Positions 20,281-30,398 are shown, counted from the stretch's first letter. The stretch is DNA of 64,000 nt from an uncultured Treponemataceae bacterium (GCA_964485395.1 CAZAJF010000006.1:41195-105194), one strand, 5' to 3'. A program made the numbers and translations. The notes: generated by a model not told the origin, from the sequence alone.

Positions 20281-22980
20281 GTGTTGCGGATTATGCTGCC
20301 TAATCGAGTGCTGATATGCTCCTCAGGATTACCCAACCACGAGGCATTGGCCGGCGCTTTGAGAATTTCCCATCCAAGCCTCACCGTAAAATCCATGGAC
20401 GATCCGGACGCCGCCGCATTGGCGCTGACATCCGCGGAGGTTCTGGCTGTAATAGCCTCGCCGGCCGCCGTAAAACTCATCGGGAATGCCCCTGAGAGCG
20501 GCGTGGCCTGCTTTTCCGCGTTTGTTCCCGCTATCGACACCTCGATATCGAACGATTCCGACTGGATACCCATGTCCATCCTGCCCGACGGAAGCTGCCC
20601 GACGCTGCAGGCAGCCCTAACTGGATTACTGCGCGGCATGGAGCGCATGCAAAAGCAGTCCGAATCCTACGGACGCCGATACGAGGATCTGGTGCAGGCG
20701 CTGCCCGATATCGTTTACGAACTGGATATCAATGACCGCTTCTCGCTCGTCAACGATTCCATAAAGCTGCTCGGCTATACGCCCCAAGAACTGCTTGGCA
20801 AGCATTATTCCGCCCTGCTCTACAATGAAGACGTATTGTCCATGGATAGAGAAACGCTTTTGTCCGAATACTCGGGCGAACGTACGGGATTGGCCCTGAG
20901 CCCCAAACTCTTCAACGAGCGCCGTGGCATCAACCGCAAGACCAGCGGCCTCGAAGTTCGCCTGCGAAAAAAAAACGCTGAATCCGGTGCCGTGCACGAC
21001 ATGATCGGCGAGGTAATCTCGTACGGGGAAGTATCTGCCGCCGGAACCTACGCTGAAAAAGGCGACGGGTCGCTGAAAGGATCCGTCGGCATAATCCGCG
21101 ACGTAACCCTCCGCAGAAAATCCGAGGAAATGCTCCGCAAGCTGTACCAGGCGGTGGATCAACTATCGGTCTCCGTGTTCATCGTCAATCATCTTTTTGA
21201 AATTGAGTACGTAAACCCGCTGTTTTTCATGCTTACGGGATTCACCCCTACCGAAGTCATAGGTACGAACATTTTCAAGTATCTCGCGGTACTGCCGGAA
21301 AAAGCCGCCGAGATGCGCAAACAAATCCAGGACGGCTTGGACCTGCGGGACGAAGTCGTCGTACCCAAGCAAAACGACGGCCAATTCTGGGCCGAGATTT
21401 CAGTATCTCCCGTACGCTCGCCCTCGGGCATCATTTCCCATGCCATCGCCATCATCGACGATATAAGCTCCCGAAAGACAATGGAAGACCTATTGCGCAG
21501 CACGCGACTGGAAGCCGAGAACGCGACGCTCACAAAAACGAAATTTCTCTCCTCCATGACCCATGAGCTTAAAAACCCCATCACCGGAATCTTATCCGCG
21601 GCCAATCTCGTCAAGGCTCAGCCCGAGCAGATAGATCGACGCATGGACAGCATCATCGAGAACGCCCAGGCATTGCTCAGCATGCTCAGCGGCATCCTGG
21701 ACTACGTGCGTTCGGAAGGCGGAGAGGCGCGAACCCAGAAACTGGTTATTCCGCTCAAGCCGTTCGTGGAAAACTTATGCGCGCCATACATGCTCAAGGC
21801 CCGGAGTAAAGGCCTTTCGTTCCAGATCAAGGAAATCAGCGAAGGCAATATCGAAACCGATCCGGATCGGCTGCAACGCGCCTTGACGACTATCGTGGAC
21901 AATGCCGTCAAGTTTACGGAATCCGGAACGATAGAAATCGCCGCGATAATCGAACGCGAGGAAATGAACGTACCGCATCTATCCTTTACGGTTCGGGACA
22001 CGGGGGTCGGCATAATAAACTCCGAGAAGGAACAGGTTTTCATACCGTTCAGCCAGAGCCACAAAGGCGCCAGGCCGCATCCGCGCGGCGCAGGGATCGG
22101 ATTGGCTCTTGCGAGGAACCTGGTGCGGACGCTGGGAGGCGAAATTCGGCTGGACAGCAAAGACGGCCAAGGATCGGTTTTTACCCTCATCGTTCCCGTA
22201 GGATCCCCGGTCTCCACTCAAAACGATTATAGTCCCAGTGCCTATGTGGTGCTTCTCGTGGACGACAACGAAATCAATCTCAAGTACCTGAGCACGCTGG
22301 TGCAAAATTTCGGATACCGCGTATTAACCGCCAATGGAGCGAGCGAGGCTTTCCGGATTCTCGAGGATCGATATGTGGACGTGGCAATCCTTGATATACA
22401 AATGCCCGGATATTCCGGCATAGAGCTCGCAAAAGCCATACGCGCCTATGCAGGCTCCAGGTACTCCCCGAATATGCCCCTGTTTGCCATGACGGCTTTT
22501 AATCCGGAAGAAATGGAAGAGATGGGCGATACCGGCAAGCTCTTCCAGGAAGTTTTCGTAAAACCCGTGGATGTTCGCAAGCTTACGGTACAAATCGAGG
22601 AAGCCATCATGCCGAGGGAAATAGTCCCCCTCGCGTTCATCAACGCGGCCTTTACCGGCCGGGATTTGGAACAGGTTGCTGCCATGGAAACCCTGGAGGA
22701 AACGGTTACGAAAGCGTGTACCGCGCTGCGAAACGTTTTAAAAGGCAACAACAGGGCGCGCATAGACGTCAAGGCTGAAACCGGAAAGATTATCCAAGTA
22801 TTCAATAGATTCGCCTATAATGGAGGGGTGGAACTTACCAAACTCTTTTTCGAGCATTACACCGATGAAGATCATTCAGTGCTCAACGGACTGATCAATC
22901 GGATAGAACGCATGGTGGTTTCGGTATGCGACAAGCGTAAAAATCAGAAAGGTCGAAAAAATGATCGCATTGATAGCTGA
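20281..22980 (+). CDS. Hybrid sensor histidine kinase (PAS x2, HisKA, HATPase, receiver, C-terminal helical domain)
   Basis: The H-box is SSMTHELKNPITG, the G-boxes are DTGVGI and GAGIGLALARNLV, and the receiver is VLLVDDNEINL...DIQMPGYSG. The start is uncertain (GTG at 20281 or ATG at 20293). Confidence 0.85.
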   Translation: MLRIMLPNRVLICSSGLPNHEALAGALRISHPSLTVKSMDDPDAAALALTSAEVLAVIASPAAVKLIGNAPESGVACFSAFVPAIDTSISNDSDWIPMSILPDGSCPTLQAALTGLLRGMERMQKQSESYGRRYEDLVQALPDIVYELDINDRFSLVNDSIKLLGYTPQELLGKHYSALLYNEDVLSMDRETLLSEYSGERTGLALSPKLFNERRGINRKTSGLEVRLRKKNAESGAVHDMIGEVISYGEVSAAGTYAEKGDGSLKGSVGIIRDVTLRRKSEEMLRKLYQAVDQLSVSVFIVNHLFEIEYVNPLFFMLTGFTPTEVIGTNIFKYLAVLPEKAAEMRKQIQDGLDLRDEVVVPKQNDGQFWAEISVSPVRSPSGIISHAIAIIDDISSRKTMEDLLRSTRLEAENATLTKTKFLSSMTHELKNPITGILSAANLVKAQPEQIDRRMDSIIENAQALLSMLSGILDYVRSEGGEARTQKLVIPLKPFVENLCAPYMLKARSKGLSFQIKEISEGNIETDPDRLQRALTTIVDNAVKFTESGTIEIAAIIEREEMNVPHLSFTVRDTGVGIINSEKEQVFIPFSQSHKGARPHPRGAGIGLALARNLVRTLGGEIRLDSKDGQGSVFTLIVPVGSPVSTQNDYSPSAYVVLLVDDNEINLKYLSTLVQNFGYRVLTANGASEAFRILEDRYVDVAILDIQMPGYSGIELAKAIRAYAGSRYSPNMPLFAMTAFNPEEMEEMGDTGKLFQEVFVKPVDVRKLTVQIEEAIMPREIVPLAFINAAFTGRDLEQVAAMETLEETVTKACTALRNVLKGNNRARIDVKAETGKIIQVFNRFAYNGGVELTKLFFEHYTDEDHSVLNGLINRIERMVVSVCDKRKNQKGRKNDRIDS

Positions 22981-23326
22981 CGATGATGTTTTTAACCGCG
23001 AGTTGCTGAGCAGGATGCTAAAACGCCTGGGCTGGTTGGCCGATGAGGTTTCCGGCGGGAAAGCCGCGGTAAAGGCCTGCGAGGCCGCACGGTACGACGT
23101 CGTTCTTCTGGATCTGAACATGCCCGACATGAACGGACAGGAGGCCGCGCGCCGAATCCGATTATTGCAAGATCCTGCCGACGCAGAAGGCAAGGATTCA
23201 AAACCGCTCAGAATTATTGCCGTTACCGGGGCTGACAGTATTGATAAAAACATTCCTGGGCTTTTTGACAGTTTCCTGCAAAAGCCCTTTGTCTTGGCCG
23301 AACTGCAAGCTCAGCTAAATCAATAA
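22961..23326 (+). CDS. Single-domain response regulator (receiver)
   Basis: IALIADDDVFNRELL...DVVLLDLNMPDMNG...KPF. It overlaps the kinase stop by 20 nt. Confidence 0.85.
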   Translation: MIALIADDDVFNRELLSRMLKRLGWLADEVSGGKAAVKACEAARYDVVLLDLNMPDMNGQEAARRIRLLQDPADAEGKDSKPLRIIAVTGADSIDKNIPGLFDSFLQKPFVLAELQAQLNQ

Positions 23327-23410
23327 GAGTAACACAGCCCCTATTTCTGTTGATTTATTCCGCGCCCCTTGACATTGTTTCTCGTTTTCTGTAGATTACT
23401 CATACAACGA

Positions 23411-23483
23411 CGCAGGGTAGAGCAGTTGGCAGCTCGTCGGGCTCATAACCCGGAGGCCGTAGGTTCGAGTCCTACCCCTGCTA
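23411..23483 (+). tRNA. tRNA-Met (CAT), initiator type
   Basis: Hand-folded cloverleaf: acceptor CGCAGGG/CCCTGC, D stem GAGC/GCTC, anticodon stem TCGGG/CCCGG with loop CTCATAA, T arm GTAGG-TTCGAGT-CCTAC. Three consecutive G:C pairs close the anticodon stem and the 1:72 pair is unpaired (C1xU72), both initiator hallmarks. CCA is not encoded. Confidence 0.85.
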
Positions 23484-23488
23484 GAAAT

Positions 23489-23524
23489 AAAGAACCGATC
23501 CGAAAGGGTCGGTTCTTTATTGTT
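23489..23524 (+). terminator. Rho-independent terminator after tRNA-Met
   Basis: AAAGAACCGATCC-GAAA-GGGTCGGTTCTTT followed by ATTGTT. Confidence 0.7.
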
Positions 23525-23720
23525 ATAATACTAAAAAAATCCTAGAAACCTGGAATCAGTCCTTCTACAAAAAATCAAATACATAAGTAATTATCCAGTT
23601 TTTTCTAAATTCCTATTCGGTATTTTTTTAAGCTGGACTACATGTTTGCATGCACCGATACGGAGAAGCTCGTGAATTGAAAAGTGTTTTCAGGCTATGC
23701 CTGGATTTGATGTGATCATA

Positions 23721-23770
23721 CGCCGCATGTAATCACGCGCTGAACTTGGGCCTTCTATCGTGTGAAGGTA
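23721..23770 (-). pseudogene. Decayed tRNA-Val 3' fragment (att-like scar 1)
   Basis: TGAACTTGGGCCTTCTATCGTGTGAAGGT matches TGAACCAGTGACTTCTACCGTGTGAAGGT of the intact tRNA-Val. It is preceded by the hairpin CGCCGCATGTAATCACGCGC. Confidence 0.65.
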
Positions 23771-23879
23771 AGTATATACCCTATATTTAGTTATATTCAT
23801 TTTTCGGCTTTTTCCGACATCTTACCGTGTTAACAAATTATGGTAATCTTTTTTCCGTTGTTCTTATATTCAATTTTTT

Positions 23880-24475
23880 CTATTTTCTGATTTTTTCTTA
23901 CATTTGCTCTCATTCCACATCACAAAATCAGGTATAGTGGCCACCAATGTCAAGACAGCCTTAACCGCCAAATCCTTATAAACCACAATCGGACATTTTG
24001 TAGTGTAGTGTTCAATATGCATCACTTTCCTGCAATGCCGTGTAGTACCATGCCGATCTACTGATATTTAGCCGTTCGCATTGCTCGCAATTGGGAGTGT
24101 CATGGCTTGAGCGTAGATCATTCGTCGACGCTGCTGGAATTGGTAATACCTTATTATTTTTTAAGCCAGTCGATCTTTACCGTGTGAAGCACAATTGTCT
24201 GAATGAGTTCATCTCTATCTTATTCAACTGCCTTGTCATGATTTGGCGCAGCGGTTGCAAATATATCTGAGCCGGTTTTCAAAGGCTGCTTTTCCCATTT
24301 GCCTACAAAGTCGGGATGAGCCTTAAACTGTTCTATGATTTAAAAAATGGTCTTGTCGTCCTTTATAGCTACAAGCACAATCTTGAATTTCTGCTCTTTG
24401 TTCCAGTAACCTTTTTTTTCACTCATACGGCGCCACTTAGAGGGCAGCTGCCACTATAGTATACTGTCCAGTTCA
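23880..24475 (-). pseudogene. IS3-family transposase remnant (OrfA plus start of OrfB, multiple stops)
   Basis: The minus-strand translation reads MSEKKGYWNKEQKFKIVLVAIKDDKTIF*IIEQFKAHPDFVGKWEKQ...VKIDWLKK... then ...CEQCERLNISRSAWYY. This matches the IS3 OrfA HTH, leucine zipper and OrfB N-terminus. A TG-initiated putative terminal repeat (TGTGAACTGGACAG) lies at ~24475. Confidence 0.6.
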
Positions 24476-25014
24476 CAGGGTCCATTATATGGCGCTTGAA
24501 ATCATTTCCTTTTATCGAGGAGAAATCGGTAAAACAAAAATTGTTCAGCTTAGTCAGTATAAGACATAGATTAAAGGAATTGGCATTGTTTTTTGTTTTC
24601 GATTAAAACTGTCTTTCCAATTTCTACTTTCAAATCCGCTCTTGCCAATTCCTCATTTCTGTTTCATACTTTTCTTATCCCTTTCCAGAAAGGAAGCAGT
24701 AGAGCAGTAGAATCAACACCTCGTTCCAAGATAGCAATGAAGCTCGAAGCGTTGCAAGTCAAAGCCGTAAAACTCAATGCAGAGCGTCTTGAACTTACGA
24801 AATTTGTACAAGTAAAAGAGAGGAAAGCCTCGGTTCCTGCAATGAAGGTTGAAGTCAAGAAACGGTTTTGTCATAGCACCAAAAAACTAGGTTAAGTGCT
24901 CAGATACATCTCTATAGTCATTTGCTGTAGAGGCGGTTTAGGTATCAAATGGATAACTATACTTATAAAAAGAGCGTTCAAGTAATCACAGCGTAATTTC
25001 AAAGGAGATTAAAC

Positions 25015-26277
25015 ATGAATTCATTGAAATTTGAGACCTACTTCATGATGGAGCAGTATGTAAAAGAAAAGGTTGGCTTTTCCCCAAGTGCTGGTAAACC
25101 ATTATTGGTTGCTAAAGAGTTTCTAAAGCAATACAAAGACTATCTTGCCTGGAAAAAGTTTCCGCCCTTAACCGAGGCTGAAATTTCGGTTGCACATAAT
25201 CCCCGCTATGTGCATGGAATATTAGATTGTTCGATTGCAAACGGATTCAGCAACACTCTTGAATCGGTCGCAAAATCGTTACCATACACTACTGGCAGTT
25301 TCTATTATGCATCGTTATCTGCTCTAAAAAACAATTCAGTGACCATCTCGCTTACCTCTGGTTTTCATCATGCCTGTTATAATAATAGTGGTGGCTTCTG
25401 TACCTTCAATGCGCTCATGATCGCGTCAATTCTGCTTAAAAACAAAGGATTGCTTAAGAAAGAAGGTGTTGGAATCATTGATTTCGACATGCACTATGGC
25501 AATGGAACCGATGACATCATAAAGGAACTAAAAATCAGCTATGTTAAGCATCTTGGCACTGCAGATATAACGATCAAAGATGATGCTATTGATGAACCCG
25601 ATCTGTTAAAAAAACTTGAACCACTTAAGAAATGTGACATTTTATTTTATCAAGCAGGTGCGGATATTCATATTGACGATCCACTTGGCGGGAAACTGAC
25701 AACCGAGCAAATGAAACAGAGAGATAGGCTTATATTCCAATTTGCCAAAGATAATCAACTGCCTTTAGTGTGGAACCTTGCTGGCGGTTATCAAAAGCCT
25801 ATTGAAATTGTGATACAGCTACATGTGAACACTCTGAAAGAGTGTATAAATGTTTTTGAAGAGGGTCTCAGTAGGAATGGGACAATATCCTTAATTCAAG
25901 CTTCCAAGGTAAAAAAACAATTAGAACAATCATTCCCGCTAATAATCAGACTATTTCCCCCAAACATAATCTATATTGAGCCAACAGGATTTCTAGCGAC
26001 TGAAAATTTAGAAGTCCTTGATGATAAACTTATGCGAATAGATAATATCGAAAACTCAAATATTATTTTCAGCTTCAAAAATTTAAAATCTACGAGATCA
26101 AGTACAACTTGGGGATATCTATTTGACCTTACTAAGAACTTAGAGAAACGAAAAAAGAAGTTAATTCTTTGTGATATATTCCCATACCAATTAGAAGTAA
26201 TAAAAATGTTTGGATTTGAGTCAAAATTTGAAATTCATAATACTTGCAAAGAAGCAATAGAGGCAATAAATGGGTAG
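25015..26277 (+). CDS. Zn-dependent deacetylase (HDAC11-like layout) fused to a C-terminal STAS domain
   Basis: 420 aa, with AAGGAG upstream. The catalytic motifs are SGFHHA..GGFCTFN, IIDFDMHYGNGT, YQAGADIHIDDPLGG and LAGGYQK. The C-terminal ~120 aa has a STAS pattern (PTGFL..ENLEVLDDKL...KKLILCDIFPYQLEVIKMFGFESKFEIHNTCKEAIEAI). Confidence 0.8.
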   Translation: MNSLKFETYFMMEQYVKEKVGFSPSAGKPLLVAKEFLKQYKDYLAWKKFPPLTEAEISVAHNPRYVHGILDCSIANGFSNTLESVAKSLPYTTGSFYYASLSALKNNSVTISLTSGFHHACYNNSGGFCTFNALMIASILLKNKGLLKKEGVGIIDFDMHYGNGTDDIIKELKISYVKHLGTADITIKDDAIDEPDLLKKLEPLKKCDILFYQAGADIHIDDPLGGKLTTEQMKQRDRLIFQFAKDNQLPLVWNLAGGYQKPIEIVIQLHVNTLKECINVFEEGLSRNGTISLIQASKVKKQLEQSFPLIIRLFPPNIIYIEPTGFLATENLEVLDDKLMRIDNIENSNIIFSFKNLKSTRSSTTWGYLFDLTKNLEKRKKKLILCDIFPYQLEVIKMFGFESKFEIHNTCKEAIEAING

Positions 26278-26512
26278 TTTAAATCATGTCAATTTAAAGG
26301 AATTACCACATACCGCTTTGGTAGAAATCGAGTACAGTGATCCAGTATTTACTGACAAAAAATTATTGAAGCTCATTGAAACAGATTCCATGGGTTCAAC
26401 TTATGAATCTAATAACGGAGACAAGTCACATCCGGGCTGGCTCTGTCCTGTTTTCTTTTGGAATTTTCAAAAATCTCCAGAACTACTTGATGCAAGAATG
26501 GCAAAAGTATAA
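26270..26512 (+). CDS. Small protein of the WLCPV(F/L)F motif family (short paralogue)
   Basis: 80 aa ending in GSTYESNNGDKSHPGWLCPVFFWNFQKSPELL. It overlaps the upstream gene by 8 nt and the downstream gene by 1 nt (TAATG). Confidence 0.65.
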   Translation: MGSLNHVNLKELPHTALVEIEYSDPVFTDKKLLKLIETDSMGSTYESNNGDKSHPGWLCPVFFWNFQKSPELLDARMAKV

Positions 26513-27318
26513 TGAAAATATTATTCTCAAGTGACTTACATGGCGAAATAGATGCATATAAGAAATTTTCCAAACTTCTAAAATCGTATGACTGTGGTGT
26601 TTTAGCTGGGGACTTGATGGATGAAATGATCTCGCTAAGAGATGCGGAAAGCTATGGGTTAATAAATCCAGAAGAGCCGGAAGAATTACTTGGGGCAGAG
26701 GAAAATGACTTAGATGTATTCACTAAGCGATATCATGACTCATTGCACGACGTAAACTCCGTAAATAGAAAAGGGTTGGAAATAAAGAAAAATATAATAA
26801 TTGATATTTTAAATCACTCAAAAAAACCCATATTTTATATAACTGGAAATCACGATATTGCGAATTGGATAGATCAAGGGAATTTATTAAATATTGAGTT
26901 AAAAAAAGTAATATTTATGAATACATCCTTTGTTGGATACAGCCCTACTAACCTTAGATCACCTGAATCAGAACAACGATCCTTTCTTGCAAATCTTATT
27001 CCATTAGTGGATAAAAATACAATATTGGTTTCCCATTCACCTCCATATGGGATTTTAGATACAAATATGTCAAACGAGAACATCGGCAGCAGAGCACTAA
27101 GGGATTTTATTAAACAAACCAATCCAATGATAAATTTATTTGGCCATGTGCATGAAAGATTCGGACGCACCGGGAACTTTATTAACGGCAGTTGGTTTTT
27201 AAGCAAAAAATTCGTCTCAATCAATACAACTACAAGTAGGATAAGATATATAAATGCAAATAATATATTTTTCAACAATAACATTACTAATAAAAATGCC
27301 ACAAAGAAAAGATCATGA
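26512..27318 (+). CDS. Calcineurin-like metallophosphoesterase
   Basis: Motifs SDLHG, AGDL, ITGNHD, SHSPP and FGHVHE. It is a close paralogue of 43509..44279. Confidence 0.85.
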   Translation: MKILFSSDLHGEIDAYKKFSKLLKSYDCGVLAGDLMDEMISLRDAESYGLINPEEPEELLGAEENDLDVFTKRYHDSLHDVNSVNRKGLEIKKNIIIDILNHSKKPIFYITGNHDIANWIDQGNLLNIELKKVIFMNTSFVGYSPTNLRSPESEQRSFLANLIPLVDKNTILVSHSPPYGILDTNMSNENIGSRALRDFIKQTNPMINLFGHVHERFGRTGNFINGSWFLSKKFVSINTTTSRIRYINANNIFFNNNITNKNATKKRS

Positions 27319-27527
27319 TAATTTGTAAAAATCGACAAAACCACATGCCCCTCCGGGAAATTAACCAGTCATCTTTCCAAGACATAGTATCAAATATATA
27401 TAGGCATTGCAGCGATACTATTACAAAGGAAGCATTATACGAAACCTTAAAAGATAAAGTCAAAATTGATCTAATAATATGGAGGTCAAACATTTATGAA
27501 ACAAAACAAAGCTTTCTATTTCCATGA
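27315..27527 (+). CDS. Hypothetical small protein
   Basis: 70-aa ORF with an ATGA overlap to the upstream stop. It overlaps the next gene by 32 nt, and no motif was recognised. It may be spurious. Confidence 0.3.
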   Translation: MIICKNRQNHMPLREINQSSFQDIVSNIYRHCSDTITKEALYETLKDKVKIDLIIWRSNIYETKQSFLFP

Positions 27528-28500
27528 AGAAGTATTCAGTTTATCGATACCAGAAGAAAAAATTGAGTTTATTGGTCGATCTCTTCCGCATTTTCGAAAC
27601 ATTGCCCATCAGCTCTCAAAAAACTATACCATGCATAATCTTAGTCTTAGACGTGAAAATATTTCCGAATATCTAAGAGTACACAGTAAAGATTATCTTG
27701 ATTCTATACTTATGAAGCAAGCTGGTGAGAATGTATCACTAAAAATAAACTGCGAATGTTCAGGTCTGGAATACGCCATTCCCGGATTTGAATATACCCT
27801 CGGTGGTTTATATCAAGCCATAGATTTTGTCAAACAAGATTACAACAGCAGAGTATTTTGTTCAACACTACCCGGACACCATTCATATGCAGATCATGGA
27901 CATGGGTACTGTTTATTAAACCCAATGTCCGTCGCTGTTAGAAAAGCACAACAGGAGGGTTTTAAGAATATCCTAATCATTGATTGGGATTTACATCATG
28001 GCGATGGAACGCAAAGTATTTTTGCCTATGATAATTCTGTATATCAGATTAGTATCCATAGTGCCATAGACTTGTATATGAGCATGATGCGAATCTGGGA
28101 GCAAGGAACCACAGAGTTTGCACAAAGCATCGGGCATTGCAATATTCCTGTTCTTGATGCTTTGTATGATGAAAAGTTTATTAAAGAAGTTGAGTTCAAG
28201 GGGGAGTATTATAGAGCAGATAGTTGCAAGGAGCAATTTTCCAAAAAACTTAATAATTTGCCATTTAAGCCAGAATTGATTTTTATTTTCTCAGGCTTTG
28301 ATTCACATATTGATGATTGTGGTAAAAATATCACCGACTGGACTGATTTTGATTATGAATTGCTGACAAAGGCTGTTGTAGATATCGCTAAAAAGCATAA
28401 CTGTCCTATAATTTCGACCACAGGCGGAGGATATAATGTCGCATCAAGCCTAAGTGCCGCAAAGCACCATATTAATACCTTAATGAACTATAAGGCGTAA
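27496..28500 (+). CDS. Histone-deacetylase-family Zn-dependent deacetylase (class II / acetylpolyamine amidohydrolase-like)
   Basis: Motifs PGHHSYADHGHGYCLLN, IIDWDLHHGDGTQ, GFDSHIDD and TGGGYN. GGAGG lies upstream. Confidence 0.85.
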   Translation: MKQNKAFYFHEEVFSLSIPEEKIEFIGRSLPHFRNIAHQLSKNYTMHNLSLRRENISEYLRVHSKDYLDSILMKQAGENVSLKINCECSGLEYAIPGFEYTLGGLYQAIDFVKQDYNSRVFCSTLPGHHSYADHGHGYCLLNPMSVAVRKAQQEGFKNILIIDWDLHHGDGTQSIFAYDNSVYQISIHSAIDLYMSMMRIWEQGTTEFAQSIGHCNIPVLDALYDEKFIKEVEFKGEYYRADSCKEQFSKKLNNLPFKPELIFIFSGFDSHIDDCGKNITDWTDFDYELLTKAVVDIAKKHNCPIISTTGGGYNVASSLSAAKHHINTLMNYKA

Positions 28501-28596
28501 TGGCGTTATTTAAGCTTATTAGAATGATTTATTGCGAACACTAAACAAACAACGACAGTAAATTAGTTTTGAACAAATATCTATAAGGGAGATGTC

Positions 28597-29670
28597 ATGG
28601 ATAGAATAAGTGGGTGTATTTTTGGAGGTGCTGTAGGTGATGCTTTAGGCGCACCTCTTGAATTTTATAAAAAATATGACATCTCCACACTTTTCGGCAT
28701 TGATAAAGTAATTAAGAATATATTAGTAAAGCACCCTCAATTAGAAATTACCGATGATACTCAGATGTCGTTATATACCATGGAAGGCTTAAATAGAGAT
28801 TATTCTATTAAAAATATGCTGCATTCCTACCATAGATGGCTAGTAACCCAAAAGCACATTTTTAATCAGACTGAGAATTCAATCTATAACAATCTATCAA
28901 CAGAGGAAATAGCTAAGATAATATCAAATAGTAGTTTGATTAAATCTAAAAAACTATACAAAATTCGTTCTCCCGGAAACACCTGTTTAGAGGCACTATC
29001 GACTGGCAGGATTCAAACAGTTGAATTGATATTAAATGATAGTAAAGGTTGCGGGGGTGTGATGCGAGTTGCACCAGTCGGTTTCTTTTTTAATGATGCA
29101 AATTCGGTATACATAAACGCTTGCGATATTGCTTTATTAACACATGGACATCCTTCTGGATATATACCCGCTGGTATTTTAGCAACTATTATTTATTATA
29201 TTAATAACAATGAATCTTTGGTGGGGAGCATCACAAAAGCTATGGATATAGCCTACACGCACAATGGAGATGAAACCAAAGAATCTTTTTATTGCATTAC
29301 TAGTGCGATAAAACTAGCACTTAAGGGTAAAGTTAATTCAAGGGAAACTGAAGATTCCATTAGATCGGTATATTCAGAAAACAATGCAAAGTATTATACT
29401 CCAAAATCAAGAGGAATTGGATGGATTGCTCCTGAAGCCTTAGCATACGCGATATATTGTTCGTTAATTTATAATGGCGATTTTTTAAACTCTATCGAAA
29501 CTGCAATCAATCATTCAGGAGACAGCGATAGTATTGGTGCTATATGTGGAAATATATTAGGGGCATACTTGGGACGAGAGAATATTAATTGTGAACATAT
29601 AATAAATGTCATTGATGAAAAGGACATTATAGAATCCTCAATCAAACTATTTAAGCAAGAATTAAAATAA
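28597..29670 (+). CDS. ADP-ribosylglycohydrolase (ARH/DraG family)
   Basis: Motifs GGAVGDALGAPLEF, ITDDTQMSLYT, GNTCLEAL and HSGDSDSIGAICGNILGAYLG. Confidence 0.85.
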   Translation: MDRISGCIFGGAVGDALGAPLEFYKKYDISTLFGIDKVIKNILVKHPQLEITDDTQMSLYTMEGLNRDYSIKNMLHSYHRWLVTQKHIFNQTENSIYNNLSTEEIAKIISNSSLIKSKKLYKIRSPGNTCLEALSTGRIQTVELILNDSKGCGGVMRVAPVGFFFNDANSVYINACDIALLTHGHPSGYIPAGILATIIYYINNNESLVGSITKAMDIAYTHNGDETKESFYCITSAIKLALKGKVNSRETEDSIRSVYSENNAKYYTPKSRGIGWIAPEALAYAIYCSLIYNGDFLNSIETAINHSGDSDSIGAICGNILGAYLGRENINCEHIINVIDEKDIIESSIKLFKQELK

Positions 29671-29784
29671 TCCCGTATAATATGATTGGCAACTGGAAAT
29701 GTTTGATTGATATCAGTTTTATTTATAATTTTCTACTGGAAGATTTATAATCGAATGGTTTGATATAATTCACAGGAGATTAAA

Positions 29785-29871
29785 ATGACTAAATCCTTTA
29801 GACTCGTAAAAATCAAGAATACCAGGGGGCAATCTACAAGTAAATTAACTCTATCTGAAAGCATTGAATAG
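29785..29871 (+). pseudogene. Truncated duplicate of the 5' end of the gene at 30756
   Basis: MTKSFRLVKIKN... compares with MAKSFKLVKIKK.... The first ~45 nt are about 80% identical, then the sequences diverge and a stop follows. Confidence 0.4.
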
Positions 29872-29933
29872 AGAAATAGGTGTAGAAGGACCAAAAGGGA
29901 GAACATCCTAACCAATTCGGAGGTGGAAGACTA

Positions 29934-30302
29934 ATGAATATTTTCATAAAGACCAAACTTGATTTGTATGCATTCGCAAAACGATTGGCGAAGCATATGG
30001 GCGAAAAAACAGAATTGGCTACTTTATATCGGGAAGATTATTTTACGCTTATAGACAGCAGGATTGAAATATCTCCTTCGGATGATGATAGGGTTGCAGA
30101 TTACACACAAGAACTATCAAATTTCGATAATGCCACCCCTGGATATATTTTCAAATTAATGACATATTTAATAGATAAGTATGACTCCTTTGTGATTCCG
30201 GGGATACGCACCAGTGGTTTAATGTTAAATTATAATAAATCTAATTTCCCCAAAAGTCCAACAGAAATGTTGGAACTGATTTCACCATTATTAAAAAAGT
30301 GA
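29934..30302 (+). CDS. Hypothetical protein
   Basis: 122 aa with GGAGGTGG upstream. No motif recognised. Confidence 0.5.
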   Translation: MNIFIKTKLDLYAFAKRLAKHMGEKTELATLYREDYFTLIDSRIEISPSDDDRVADYTQELSNFDNATPGYIFKLMTYLIDKYDSFVIPGIRTSGLMLNYNKSNFPKSPTEMLELISPLLKK

Positions 30303-30398
30303 AATCAAGAGATCTTGAAGAAAGTTTATTCGATAAAACAAAAGATGATTTAGGGTGATTTAGTTAATTCTCTTTTTACATGTCATTGGAGGATTTGT

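Larger units (their letters stand above)
23467..23770 (+). repeat. Left copy of the ~303 bp direct repeat bracketing the island
   Basis: Hand alignment with 48503..48804 gives about 22 differences in ~303 nt. It starts at GAGTCCTACCC in the tRNA-Met T-loop/stem and ends at GTGTGAAGGT. Confidence 0.85.

Noticed and set aside
26874-27493. Antisense ORFs occur in the AT-rich island: 26874..27344, 27287..27493, 36654..36902, 39388..39663 and 47231..47599.
   Set aside because: They overlap genes with clear catalytic motifs, lack ribosome-binding sites, and have low-complexity Leu/Phe/Ile-rich translations.
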